A model generated the notes under the pieces. The model did not search any database. It was given only the letters and a program-made list of their open reading frames with translations, and was not told the DNA's origin. From Perna viridis (lineage: Eukaryota), in assembly GCA_037379345.1 (NCBI GenBank), contig CM074524.1:24424750-24488749 (forward strand): a stretch of DNA of 64,000 bases. The letters are read 5' to 3'. This document shows positions 27,201 to 40,400 of the stretch, piece after piece. A program made the position numbers and the translations under genes. The first letter of the stretch is position 1, and every line of letters starts with the position of its first letter.

Positions 27201-30200
27201 TTTTTATTTCACCTAAATTTTGTTTTTGAGGGGCAGAAGTTTCTTCATTATTTTATACATGGTGTATACATGTACAAATATCAGTGTTAAACAAATATGA
27301 ATAATCAGATGATGATGAACTTACCCTTGTATTGCCAAACTTAGATTTCAGTTTAGAAATTATAAAAGGTATTTCAGACAAGCATATTTCTGCCACATCT
27401 CTGGGGATGTTAATCTTCTGTTCTTTTCTATACATGCTACATATTAAAGTGACTAATTACATGTATATTTTTGGTGATCATACAATGTATGTTACTCGGT
27501 TTGTCAATAATCATATGCAATTTCTTATCTAAAAATCAAAGGCTTTATTCCTATATCTTTTACATCTTGGCCACACTCGGTACTTAACCTTATCACTTTT
27601 GCAAATTAGTACAGTACCTTTGATTTCAACTTGGTAGTGGTCATGCCTTGTGAATTTCTTCATCCCTATATAAGGAATTTCACTATTTCCCAAACTATTT
27701 AAATACTGGTATATAGCAGTTCTTATATATTTATGTATAGAATACTAAACTGACATTCTTTCATATTTCAAAAAGAAAATTAAGGGTCATTTGAACTCTT
27801 TTTGGTGTAAGATTAAAAAAAAACTAAAATTCCATTTCATTTCCATAGAACACTTTCCTGCCAATTTTCTCCCCTTTGAAATAAATTTTCCGCCATTTAT
27901 CTCCAATTGGAAGAGGCTTTTTTAGGGGTTGTAATTATACCTACAAAGTTTTATGTACAAAATTGTTTAAGATAATTATATAATTTGAATAAATAATTTT
28001 TACATCATTTTAAAAAACACTATTAGTTACTTGAAATGTATATGCCTGTATGACTTATCGTCACTATGCAAGATCATAGAAAAAAATATGTTACATAATA
28101 GGTGATCTACCTGAATTCTATTCTGTCTATAAGTCCCTTTGCCTGTCACACTATTTCTAATAAAGGTTTTCTATACAACCATTTGTAGTATCACTTACTT
28201 AGTATGTTCATTTTACACTTCAAGTATATAAGTCTGTCATTTCATGTGATGTGATTTTTCACTTTTTCCTTCTGTTTGACTGTTTTCTAGCATTAGATAT
28301 TTAATGTTTAAGATTTTTGTAGAAATAGTTTGCAAAAATTAGAGTTGTCTTCACTCAGATGAAAATAATTCTGTTTCAAAATGAATTAAATGGATGATCT
28401 TCATTAAAAAACAGTAAATACCAGTATGTGGTCTTTTCACTCACAATTTTTTTTCCTGCACAGTCTTTAGGAGGACATCTACTTAGTAGCATGCCATAGT
28501 TGTACATATACATGTACTATCTTATATGGAAATGATTTCTTATTTATACCATATGTGCATGTATCCTTTATGTAACTTTATCAACCATTAATTATATGCA
28601 TGTTCTGTATATTTGACTGACATTCATATCCATAGTATGTTTACATTGTATTTCAGAGTATTGCCTGTTAAATGTCAGTTTGTAGCCAGTCAGTTTTTAG
28701 GTGTCAGTAATTTTATGGACAACTTCAAAGGGAGACAACCAAAATCAGACTGAAGTTGTCTTTTATCTAGGTCAGTCTTCTGCATTTTGACCTTTGGCCT
28801 AGTACACATAATATAGTTGCTAGTTCTCTTGTAACTTTCTGCTGACTAATTTGGAGTTCATAGTGCATCCATTACAAACAATTGAAACTGCATGTTTTTT
28901 TATATTAATCAGATTATATTATATTGATCTAACCTGTCATATGGCATGAAAAAAATGCAATTTTGAACAATGTTTTTTTTATTTTAAATTCTTCTATATC
29001 TGAAAATGCTATGAACAGTACTAATATTGAAATACTTTGTAAGGTATCTCACTTTGGTGTTAGTCCTAAAAATTACTCAAAATTTAAGTAGTACTCCAGA
29101 TAAGAATCATGCAAAGTGTGATTCATGGTTGGAAAGCCTACATAATTTTATTTTTGATATTTTTTTAAAATTTTATAATAATCAGAAATTAACATGTGGC
29201 TTTTCATAAAACCCTTGTTTTAAGAAGATAAAAATTATAATAAAGCACTTTGAATTTCAAAAGTAAGGGAGATAACTCTTTAAACGACACTAAAATACAC
29301 AAGAAACTGTTGGATTTTCAATGTGGATTATCTGCCAAGAGCAGACAGACTGGAATGGATAATTATACATTTCATTATATAGACCTATAAAGCAGCATAA
29401 TAACAAAAAATAAAAATGTGTAGCCTTCTTAGGAGTGTGTCATAATTAAAACAGACTTTGCAAGATTATTACAAGACTACCACTTAATTTTTCCCTTAAC
29501 ACCTCCCCTAGAAATTTATTGGCCATACATATTGCTTCACTATTTCTTATTTCCATTGGACTGATTGTTATAAACATACTTATGATACCAAGCTAAAGAT
29601 GTCTTATTATAAATCAATTAATTATGCACAATTAAAGCACTATGCAATACCTAGCATAATAATAATTTTTCCCTCACTGTTTTATGGTGCAATCTTATAA
29701 TCTGTAAATTGACTTAAGATTAACCAATGATTTAGTTATATGATGAGAATAGGTATGGTGTATATGACAAAGAGACAAAAACCCCACTGGGATGAAAATG
29801 TCAGCCCAAGGCCACACATTGGTCTTAAATGTACAACATCATCATACACAGGCACAGCAAAATAGTTGCCCCGTTATACTCAAGTAACATAAAACATTGA
29901 CTAAAGGTGAAAACTAAACAAGACATGCAGGGAACAGAAATTCTGACTTGGGCAGGCACAAAAAATGTGGCAGGATTTAAGTGTTTTGGTGTAATCACAA
30001 TCCTTATAAAATCTGGCAGCTGTGGAAAAGTATCACTCAATTAAACACATCTAAAAAACAGTTAAAAAAGGGTCTGAGTCCCTTGTTACAAGGGAAATTA
30101 AGAAACTGAATATAAATTACACAAATGTATAAACTAACAACTACTAGCAGTTTACTAACATACCAGTTCTAGACCAGTTTGAACCTACAAAAAGTTATGT

Positions 30201-31223
30201 TCCTATTGTATGTAAAATAAATCCCAATTCTTCCCATACTGGGTTGAGAATCTTGGTACATCATAAGCCATACAATAAAGACACAACCCAAGTTATGCCA
30301 AAAACTGTTTTTAAATGTAGCGTTTTAATTTCTATGTAAAGACCCTATTAGCGAAACAATGTTAATATAAAAAAATGACCATAATATTACAACATTTGTA
30401 TAACTATATCCCTTACTAATGATCCAATTCAACTAATTCAATAGTTTATATATATTATTATATAAATATATATTTCCAGAGTCAGGAAGGGATGGTCCCT
30501 GTTTTGTTAAAATTTTGTGAATTTTATTCTAAAACTGTGCAAAAATGATTAAATGATAGCCTGGAAACATCTCCCTTTATATAATTAGCAGGTTTAAAAC
30601 TGAAATCCCTTTCATGAATTTATTTCTAAACCTGACCCAACAAGAAACTTCTTTGTACTAAGTATCATTAAAACCTGTAGAAATTTGATGCTTCTTCCTG
30701 TCATCCTTGTGTTACCATGGATTTTATTACTTTGTTTTTGTGGCCTTCCTAAGCTTACTTGAAGGTGTGTTTACACTTATTGAAGACCTTTTGTAATCTC
30801 TGTAAGTATTTACTATTTTTATAGGGGTTATACGATTGTGCATTCCTTGTATTTCACTATATCTGTTCTTTTTTGTATTAGGAATGAACATACTAGTATA
30901 ACTTCAGGATCAAGATGAATACAAGTAGTTGCATTGCAACATAATTGGTGATTGGATAATGAAATTATAATAAAAAAAAAAAAACATTAAACCACCACTC
31001 AAATCTTCATATCTGAAACAATGATATTCTCATCTTTTGTTTTCTATTTCAGACTGTAAACTTGTAAGTTATATTAATTCTGTCTTAGAGCATGTAACAG
31101 TTTATTTTTATTTTTTTATTTTTCAGAATTGTTCCTACCAAAGTACTTTCTCTTATTTGTCTGTACTTTGGAGCTTCTAACTCAATGGATGACTTCAAAG
31201 GAAGACAGAAAAAAGTTGAATAA
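18215..31223 (+). CDS. SDR16C5: SDR16C-family short-chain dehydrogenase/reductase (epidermal retinol dehydrogenase 2-like), 310 aa, two alternative last exons
   Basis: Exons 18215-18365, 22818-23002, 23752-23883, 25059-25300, 26163-26288, then 28657-28753 or 31127-31223. All are GT-AG and phase-consistent (933 nt). N-terminal hydrophobic anchor, TGAGSGIG Rossmann motif, LVLWDV (Asp suggests NAD(H)), NNAG, IASSAG, YCASK catalytic motif, [10 protein letters not shown]. The symbol denotes the closest family; orthology is not established. Confidence 0.93.
21341..21725. mobile_element. Truncated copy of the CACTA-terminus MITE family with internal ~45-bp tandem units
   Basis: TA|CACTACC start and colinear similarity to 43417-43738. 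GTGGAGAGTGGAGACACTGTGACTC-type unit repeated 3 times. Confidence 0.65.
26660..27087. repeat. 22-bp minisatellite (~17 units) with periodic 14-bp spacer, in SDR intron 5
   Basis: Unit AGAGTACCTCAGTGCCATTCCT; TGCTTACACATTGA is inserted three times. Confidence 0.95.
28657..28753 (+). CDS. SDR alternative terminal exon 6a (..[31 protein letters not shown])
   Basis: TTTCAG acceptor, 97 nt, correct phase after exon 5, homologous to the SDR16C C-terminus. Confidence 0.85.
31127..31223 (+). CDS. SDR alternative terminal exon 6b (..[31 protein letters not shown])
   Basis: Long T-tract + TTTCAG acceptor, 97 nt, same phase, ends in KKxx. Confidence 0.85.
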
Positions 31224-32133
31224 ATGACTGCTTACTCTGACTATATTACCAGTGCCTTAGATTTTTATATGCTAGGTTAACATATTGTCACACCTTGCTA
31301 ATAAGATAACCTCTCTTCACTCACAGCTAATCTTTTATAGGTTGATTAGGTTTTATTCAATTGTATTATAGCACATATAGTGATGATGTTCCGATGATAG
31401 AGTTGATTTTCTCTTGATTAATAACCATCCTCAGATTGGTACGGTGATTGACATGATAGTTCAGAAGGAGATGGCATCAATAGAAAGTTTAAGTGCCCTT
31501 ATTTTTTCACTTATAAATACATGTACCTAAGGCAATTCATTGGAGGATTCTTATTTAATCAAGAGAAGACTCTATATATCCCATTAGCATCATCATTGTA
31601 ATCACTATCGGAACTAGGTTTTTCAAAAAAAATATATTTCTTTTTCATCAATTGGTAACGCTAGCTGTTTACTGATTTTATGTTTAGGCATACGGGCTTG
31701 ATGATGTACATTAAATAGAATACATGTGAGACTGTTTATGGTTTTTTATGTGTTATTTTAAGTGCAGAATCTTAATGAATAAGAATAGCCAAAGAAATTA
31801 GCCATTTAACTGCATTTATGAATGTTCCACTTAAAATTACCACAACAGCCATGGTGCCCAATTTAATACTTTCCATAGGGAATACATTGGACTATTCCAG
31901 TTCAATAAAGTAAAAGTCATGCACAATTTGTTGTAATTGTACAAATACACATAATATTCACAATTTCAGATTTCTTACCCTTTGAATATTACAAGCGTTA
32001 TAGAAACAATGTTCTTGAACCATTTTATTCATGTTGTATGGAATGGTGTACACAATTTATTTTGTTTGGAACCATGTGATATATGTAGTATTGAACCATG
32101 TGACTTGTGTAAGATGGAACCATCTGATTTATA

Positions 32134-32361
32134 CAGTGAAACCTGTCTGAAGTGACTTTCTAAGTTAGAGAAAAACCATGGTAACACAATCAACCTGTTT
32201 TAAGTGACCTTCCAAGAGAGTGCAAAATCATGGTCACGTAAAACAGGGGTATTTACATGTATATATAGTTAAATTTCAAATAAAATGCATAAATAATAAT
32301 ATTTCAAATACAGTCTTTTAAGACAGGTTTAAGGATGGTCACTGATAGACAGGTTTGACTG
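32134..32361. mobile_element. Tc1/mariner(pogo)-type MITE
   Basis: TA|CAGTGAAACCTGTCT ... AGACAGGTTTGACTG|TA, with TA TSD. Confidence 0.8.
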
Positions 32362-32806
32362 TATTGGAACTTACCAGTATATTCACAGGCAATGCAGTTG
32401 AATGGGTTCTTTCTATGAAGTGGTCAAAAATCTTGGACCCTAGGACCCCCTTTTTTTATGAACCCCAACTGGCACTCCTCTTTTTCAAAGTATCTGGATC
32501 CATCACTGCTATTATTAAATTGTTAAAGTGTTTAAATTGAGCTGAGTTTGGTTATATTTCATTATGTGCATAGTGTAGGTTACTTTATGGACATGTTTCT
32601 ATACATGTACCTGTATTTTTTATTTCTGGGTGATACTAAATTACTAGAAATTTGTAATCAATACCTCATTAGCTGTTATCAGTTTTGTAAATGTTAAATA
32701 TATCATAAGATAATTAAGCTGTATAGATAAAGGCCATAGTTTGGACATGCTGCTATGGTGTTAATTAACAGCAATATTTCCATGGATAAATATTTTTCTT
32801 AAATTA

Positions 32807-33177
32807 CAGTGAAACCTTTTTAAGCAAAACCCCTTTTGGACCTGAAAATGTTTTTGGTTTATACAGGTATTTGGTTTACCAATTAAGGCTCAAAATATAT
32901 TTAAGTAGTAGTCTTTGTAAGAATCATGCAAATTCTGTTATATGTGATACACCCCAAAAAAGGCTACACATTTTTTTTATTTTTGTTACTAAGTTGCTTT
33001 GAGTTTTAAAGTTTGAAACAAAATATAAAATTTTAAAATATGTTGACTTTCCAACCATGAATCACATTTTGCACGATTCTTATCTGGAGTGCTTTTTATC
33101 TATTGATACATGTATAGAGTGACTTTAAAAAGTCTGGTATAGACAGGTTTTAGGTTTGGTTTACACAGGTTTCACTG
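32807..33177. mobile_element. Tc1/mariner(pogo)-type MITE with a nested AAGAATCA-family element
   Basis: TA|CAGTGAAACCT ... AGGTTTCACTG|TA. Nested element at ~32905-33093. Confidence 0.75.
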
Positions 33178-36100
33178 TATTTTAGTTTGTTACACCTGTG
33201 CCACATTTAATTACATGGATAACAATCTACAAGTTAAATATGATGAGGGATTGTCAAAACTTATGTTATCATATTTCTGTAGACAATTATTGATACTGGT
33301 GTAATTTCAATAATTAGTTGAGGAGTCAGAAAATTCATTGATCATGTTGATTTTATATAACAAAACAACTAACAGGTGATTCATAGCAAATTAAAGCTGT
33401 CTGTGTATTAAATTTTACCGATGTTTCTAATTGTTCTATAAATTGTTAGGAGCTAAAACTCCTCTGTGTCATAATATCTTTCTCCATTAATTTGTAATTT
33501 AATATCACAGTAAAAACTGTCTAAAACAAACCTTGAATAATCCTAAAATCTTCCTAAACCATGCAGTTTTACAGTCCTTTTTTATAAATTTGTAAGTTGT
33601 ACCTTCTGAAGCCAAACTGATTTTAAAATACAAAAGGGGTTCCATATAGAGAATAGAAAAGGAAACATATATGGTGAACCACAACAAATGCACCATTATA
33701 TAACCCCTATAAAAAATAATAATTACAGAGATGAACAAAAGGTTTTGAATAAGTGTAAACATTTCTTCAAGTAAGCTTTTAAAGGCCAGACAAAAGTAAT
33801 AAAATCCATGGTAACAGAATGATAACACTCCTTCCAATAAAACAGACTTCCTTGTATTTTTACTTGCAAACTCCAACAATTTTCTAAGCCTCATAAATTA
33901 CATTTTTATTAAAGGACTGCTATTTTAAATACCTATTAAAACAATATTGAGGATTCTGTGCAAATTTCTTGGAAAAGCCAAATTGTAGTTTTTAAATCAG
34001 ATGGGAGATTTCAGTAGCAACCAGTTGTGCACCAATGCATTTAAAATGACTAGGCCTAAAAATATGCTCTGCAATAAAGCTTTTGTTAACCACTTGTTGA
34101 TCTTAATTAAGCTTAACTGTTAAGTGTTAGTATTTGTAAGAATCAGGCAAAATAAGAAAAATCAGAGAAATGCATGTCAAAAACCAACAAATCTGACAGT
34201 GTAATTTCACTTAAGGATGCTTTGTCTATTTGAAAGACTACTATTTGATCTCTGCATCACTGGCTTTGCTCACAAATTTTTCAATACAATGTTTGAAAAA
34301 TGAGGTTTTTAACCGAGTTATCTGCCCTTAATGCGATTTCAAACTATTCTTGGGCATTAGAATTAAGTACAGATACTCAAAGAACATATTTGCACATAGC
34401 TTAATTCATCATAGCATATTTTGACATCATTGTTATAACTTTGGGTTGACGCAGACTTTAGATGTGAAGGTTGAGCAGCAACATTTTGCCCCTTAATCAA
34501 TGGTTAAATATGAGAAGATTGTAAACTGGAATCAATCATTTTTTTTGTTTTCATCAAATGGCATATCATTCTTTGTTTAGATGTTGTACCCCTCGTGGAT
34601 ATCTTATAGCACTGACAGGAAACCATTTTATATCAAATATTGATGATGTATCATAATAGTTATAATGTATTTTACTTACTTGCACTACACCAAAAAGTGT
34701 ATAATTTCCACTGTAACTGATTTTAGGTAAACAAATACCTTCTTTCACAGACAGTATTTCTTTTCATTATACCTTCCATAAAAAATTAAACTGTGATGAA
34801 TCTTAATGACTCAGTCCATCAGTATTTTGATATTTACTGGGTCTTCACCATCGGACTTCATTTTGTTTATTTTTCAAAAAGTAGGAAATAGGAACAAATT
34901 ATAGGAATTATGGGTAAAGTATGAAAAAATACTGAATTCTGTTTGTTCAACCTGCAGCTTTTTATGCTGCTGTTAAAAAAATAGGAAATAAAAGAAAATC
35001 CTGACTGCACCACAGACTATATAATGGTTTTTGTAAGAGAGATATATATATATATTGATGTCTTAAGTCATTAAATATAACAAAAATGGATATAGTTAAT
35101 ATGTCAGAGACAACAACTGTGCCGAGATAAAATATATGTTGTCAGCTCAAGACTATTGAAATATGTTATTTTTAATTATTCAAAACTATTTAAGCAGTGA
35201 AGCTTTTAAATTTGCTATACATTCTTTCAGAAATTAACTTCTTTGAATTTTTATTTTTCAACAAAAATTTGGGGCTAATTAGTCCTCGGAGATATTCAGT
35301 TGGTCAGGAAAAAAAAATCATTTGAAAGTCTTCGCCTGAAATACAGTCTTAGCAAAAGTAGCTGGATGGTAGCATTTGAAGGACTTTGATAACCAAAATG
35401 GTTTTTAAACAGTCTGTGATGTTGTGGATACTATATTCTCACATTCTAATCTGATAATTAATACTGCAGACGACTTTCACTACCAGGTGGTGATTAAATC
35501 TTGCAAGAGTTTTCATGCCATTTAAAGTATCAAAGTTTAATACAGATTTTATGGGAGAAACAGATTCTCCTCCAATGCTTTAGGAGATTACAAGATTTCT
35601 CCACTCTCGATAGTCAAATTTTAGAATCAATTATATCTAGTGGAGAAATTTTGTAATCTTGTCGAGACCAAGGAGAATCTACAGTTGTTTCTTTAATCCA
35701 TGTAATATGCTGTATATCTAGTATATTCATGGTATACTGTAAATACTTTTCACTCCTTGCAGTAGGGAAATTGTCAGGTCCAAAACTATGTTTTATAGTG
35801 CAAATGTATATTATATATCCTTTGCAAAAGTTAGCGACTGTGAAAATAAATGTTTGCAGTAATTGTATGTTTCAATCAGTATTGATAGTTATTTTATTAT
35901 TGATTATTAAATTATATTTTTTGCAATAAATTTGATTCATTAGTTTTTTTTTATTATTGTTTTTCTTTTACCCTGCCTTTGTAATGTGACTACAAATACA
36001 TGCAAGTGTAAGTTTTATGTAAGAATCAGATTTGTGCATGTCAAAAACCCACGGATCTGACAATATAATTTCAATGAAGGATGCTTTCTCTGTTTTAAAA

Positions 36101-37453
36101 GACCATTATTCGATATCTGCATCACTGGATTTGCTAAGAAATTTTTCAAAAGAATATTAGAAAAATAAGGTTTTTGACAGTTATCTTCCCTTAAAATGTT
36201 CATATTCAGTGCATTTCAGTGAAAGAGTAATCAAGGGAACCAAGATTCTAGCGGAAATCAAAAGAATGTTATCCAGGGACAAAGACCAGACATGGAAAAC
36301 AGGCATACACAACAAAGAACATTAAGTAACTAAAACCTGGGAACATGGACCAGGTACACTGGTAGGGTAAGCGTCCTCTTAATTATAAGTCAATTTACCA
36401 AAGGGATATGGAATATCTTGTCTGGTTTCCTCGATTCTGATGGTGCAAATATTCAAATTAGAATATCAAAATTGTAGGATTAATAGGGTACTGATCCAAG
36501 CACCTCAAAACTTGAAATATATAACTTAGTCTGAGAATACTCCTACTTTCATGGTAATTTAACTCTAATCAAATTTTTTGCAACAGGTGACATCAATAAT
36601 AGTTAAAAGAAGTTTTCTTGGACTTCAGTAATTTTTCAAGTTTTGTGAAAAGCTGCTGCTGGGGTCTGGTAAAGTGGGACATTTTCATGGGATGCTCATT
36701 TTTACATATTTTCAAAGTCTGTACAAAAAAATCAAGATGTATTTTTTGAAATATTGACACTGGCTAATGAACATGTACTTATATATTATAGTTCAACATT
36801 TTGGCAAATGCCAACATTTTTTTTTTGTATTTCTCAGATTTGTCAAAATTTTCACCCACCAAAAAAAAATGAACTACCAATTTCTATCACAACATTTACC
36901 AGGAAGCATCAATGAAGAATGTTTAAAGCTCTGTTTTTGTACTAACAGATTATTCTAGGTCTGTAACATGATTTAAAAGATACTAAAGAACTAAATAACT
37001 CAAAAACTAACAAACAAATTCTAAACCTGGATAACCCTATAATACATGGGGGAAAAACACATGTTTAATAGGTAGATCTGCAATTAAATGTAAATATCAA
37101 TAGTACTTTTATTGAAAATAGTGTGAATGTGAAAACTTATTTACCTAAGGCCAACTAAAATACTTTCTTGATTTTAAAGTCATCCATTCCCTCTTTTAAG
37201 GGTGCTTCATTTAAATCCTAACCATACCAAGAAAATGAAGAAAAAAAACAAAAAACCAAAAAAACATTTTGATTTTGACCAATGTAAAAAGTACTCTCAT
37301 TTTTTGGCATAAAAGAAATGCTTTCCTCCTGTACTATCTTTTGTGAAAATTTGTCTGAGAACCAAGAAGTTGACTTTGAAGGGCCTTGATTAAGAATGAA
37401 AATTGGTTTACTTCAAAGATTTTAATATAAATTGTAGAAAAGAACTCTATAGT

Positions 37454-40400
37454 TTATTCTGATTTAGATTTTCCACCAATAACTTTCTTCCTCTGGGCCA
37501 GCATATGGAAATACAGTTGGGGGAAAACTGAAAAATAAATGATAAAAATGTATAACAGAAATAAAAATGCTTTACCAAACAATACATAAAATTACTAATG
37601 ACAAGGGTAATATGTACACTGATGAATGCTTGAAACATTTCTATTATTTGTCCAACCATCGATGTCAACAGCTGACAGCTTTATTCATGTTACTCAAAAA
37701 CATTAAAACAGCTACACAAAATACTTGATATACCTGTCCCATCCATTTTTGTCAGTGTTGAAAGGACATAAAATCAGAAATGAAGAATTAGTTCGCTAGA
37801 AAAAAAAAAAAAAAACAACAGAAAATCAGAAATTTCATAGCTGGAAAAAAACTCAGCGATAGGCGGCTGATTTTACTGGCTGCCGGCTATTATTAAAAAC
37901 AATGAGCTCTCAAAATATTAAGTGATACCCAATTATGTGGTTAAAATTGCTATTACCGATACATAAAAGGACTTCTTGATGGATTAGTCATGTTATCTTC
38001 TTCTTGGACAGAAGGATATTTTAAGATACACACTTAGGACAAGTATTATTAATAATCTGCAATACAATTGGCTGTTGAGTGATTGTGATGCATTGTCTGT
38101 TAAATCTGATTGGTCAAATGCAACATTGTAACATTTCTAACTTTGTTCTACCATAACAACTGTTGATGTAATAGATGGTCAATTACTTTGATATCCACAA
38201 TGGTAGATGCAGAAAGTCTTGAGCACCCAACTACTCAATAAGAATCATAGAGAAAAAGGTTGTCTAACTTGAAAGACTTGAATATCACAAAGTATCAACT
38301 TGCCTTGTTCAATTTCAACACCATAACAAACCCTCAGAAGCTTGTTTGTGATGATGATGAAATTAAATAATTTGAGTTAATATTCAGCAATATCAAACTC
38401 TCATATGAAACCTTATAGATACATAGTATATCCTCTTTCTTTAAAGGTGTTTAATACTTCCTGTGGGTGATATATAAATGAATAATTTTGTTTTTTAAAT
38501 GATGGTAAAAATTCCACTTTCACAGCAGACTAAGATACAACAGACTAACCTGGAATATAGGCTAACATTGTAAAAATGAGATAGTAGTGGAAGTTAAAAG
38601 CTATATTGGCTCTGTTTGGCAGCTCCACATAATATAGCTTCTTCTGTGTCACTTCTGGTAAACTGCTATATATTGATAAAAGTTCTCCCTGAAAAGAAAT
38701 GGACTAAAACTTCATAAATTCAGTAAATAGTCAGGTCCAAAAACATGTGTTATCACTGGAAGGCAATACAAGTACACATATGCTTGCATTTCAAGATAAA
38801 GATTCATGGAACAAATGATATTTGATTAAATGTCCATGGACAGGCATTGCCAGATTTTTTTAAAGTGCAAGGTCACAAGGAGGCAAATTGTACCTTAATT
38901 ATCAGTGATGCACTAATCATCAGGAACATTTGAGTTATCGGTCGATTGGTGAGCTTCGATTCAATGATCGATTTCAAGATCAATTTGTTCATGTCTTAAA
39001 AATATGAAGATTTTGTCTTTATCCATGTTTTCTCTTGTCTAACTGGACTATTTATCCTTCTGTTAACAGACAATTTGTTCTTTTTTTTACCATAACATAG
39101 GAAGATTCTATCTGCTTTCTGTTGGCCAGGGATGGACAGGCCTCAAGTCAATATGTGGCTTTATTGATGATTCCTAACACTACTAATTATATAAATTATT
39201 CATAGAGACCATGCAAACCCATCACTCAATCTGTTACATAGTGTGTGCTTTGTTGAGAAGCAGGGACTAACAACTTTAAAGTTTTGCGACCACTGGACTA
39301 AAGGAGTTGAGCACAAGACAACTGAGGCAGTCAATGGCATTTAACCAACACAAAAATTTCTGTCACAAAAATATTTTTAAAAATGAAAAATGAAAAATCT
39401 TGTCTACTGATATATTCATGAAAAAGAAGTTAAAAAAAAAGTTGTCATAATTTTGTAGAAAGGTAGTTTGTAACAAGAAATATTAATTACTGCTGAGAAA
39501 AGAACATCTAACTATTGTCTATTTATCAGATTATAGCACATACATAGGTTTCAGAAACAAACATTGTTATCTCCCCTTCTATGCTGTTATAAATTCATTT
39601 TGATTATGGATTAATGCAGAGAATGTACTTATTTAACATGATCATTATATCATATATTTTAACTATCGTTCATTGTGTGTTATGTGTAGGGGTGTTATAT
39701 AGGTCTAGAGATGTCAAATACATTTGTAATTTAATGTGACATAGGGTTTAAATAAAACATTATAATGCATATGCAAAAAAAGGTGTATTTCAATCTAAAT
39801 ATTGGATATAAAACCTTAAAATGGCTAGTAGAAGATAATGAGTTAACAAACTTTCTCATTAAAGGAACATTATAATGCATGTCATTGACTTTTTTCCCAT
39901 CACAAGAAATAAATACATGAAACCGATGTTGAAATTAAATACTATGTAGCGTTATCAATAACACCATGTGCATATCAAAAATAATATGAAACTCCAGTGC
40001 ATAAATTACTCCTACATAATGCTAAAATGAAAATGCACAACTTCTATAAAAGTATGCATGAACTGATGGACTCGGTCAACATGGTCAATGCAACTAGATT
40101 TTTTCAATGGGCTCTACGTTGAACAGTTTGTTTTTTAATTCCATTTTCCATATATTGTTTGCATTTAATTTGTTTCCATTAATTTTCTCCTTTGTCTCTG
40201 CCCCAAATAACTATGTTCTGTGGTTTTTGCTATTTATAATCTTTACTTTCGATTTTAATCTTCTTTTGGTGAAAAAATAGTCAATGCTTACCGTTACTCC
40301 TATGGGATAAAGTACAATGAAAAATGTGTACCTGAAAAAGAAAGCCAGTCAACTTTAAAGTATTATTGTACTTAATTGTGATAAATTAATTAGGTATACA

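Noticed and set aside
28751-28820. TGA of exon 6a as selenocysteine or readthrough
   Set aside because: The stop aligns exactly with the TAA of exon 6b, and no SECIS or readthrough context was seen.
33505-33894. 129-aa ORF and most other short hydrophobic ORFs in the track
   Set aside because: Phe/Leu/Ile-rich translations expected from AT-rich non-coding or repeat DNA; no motifs or splice support.
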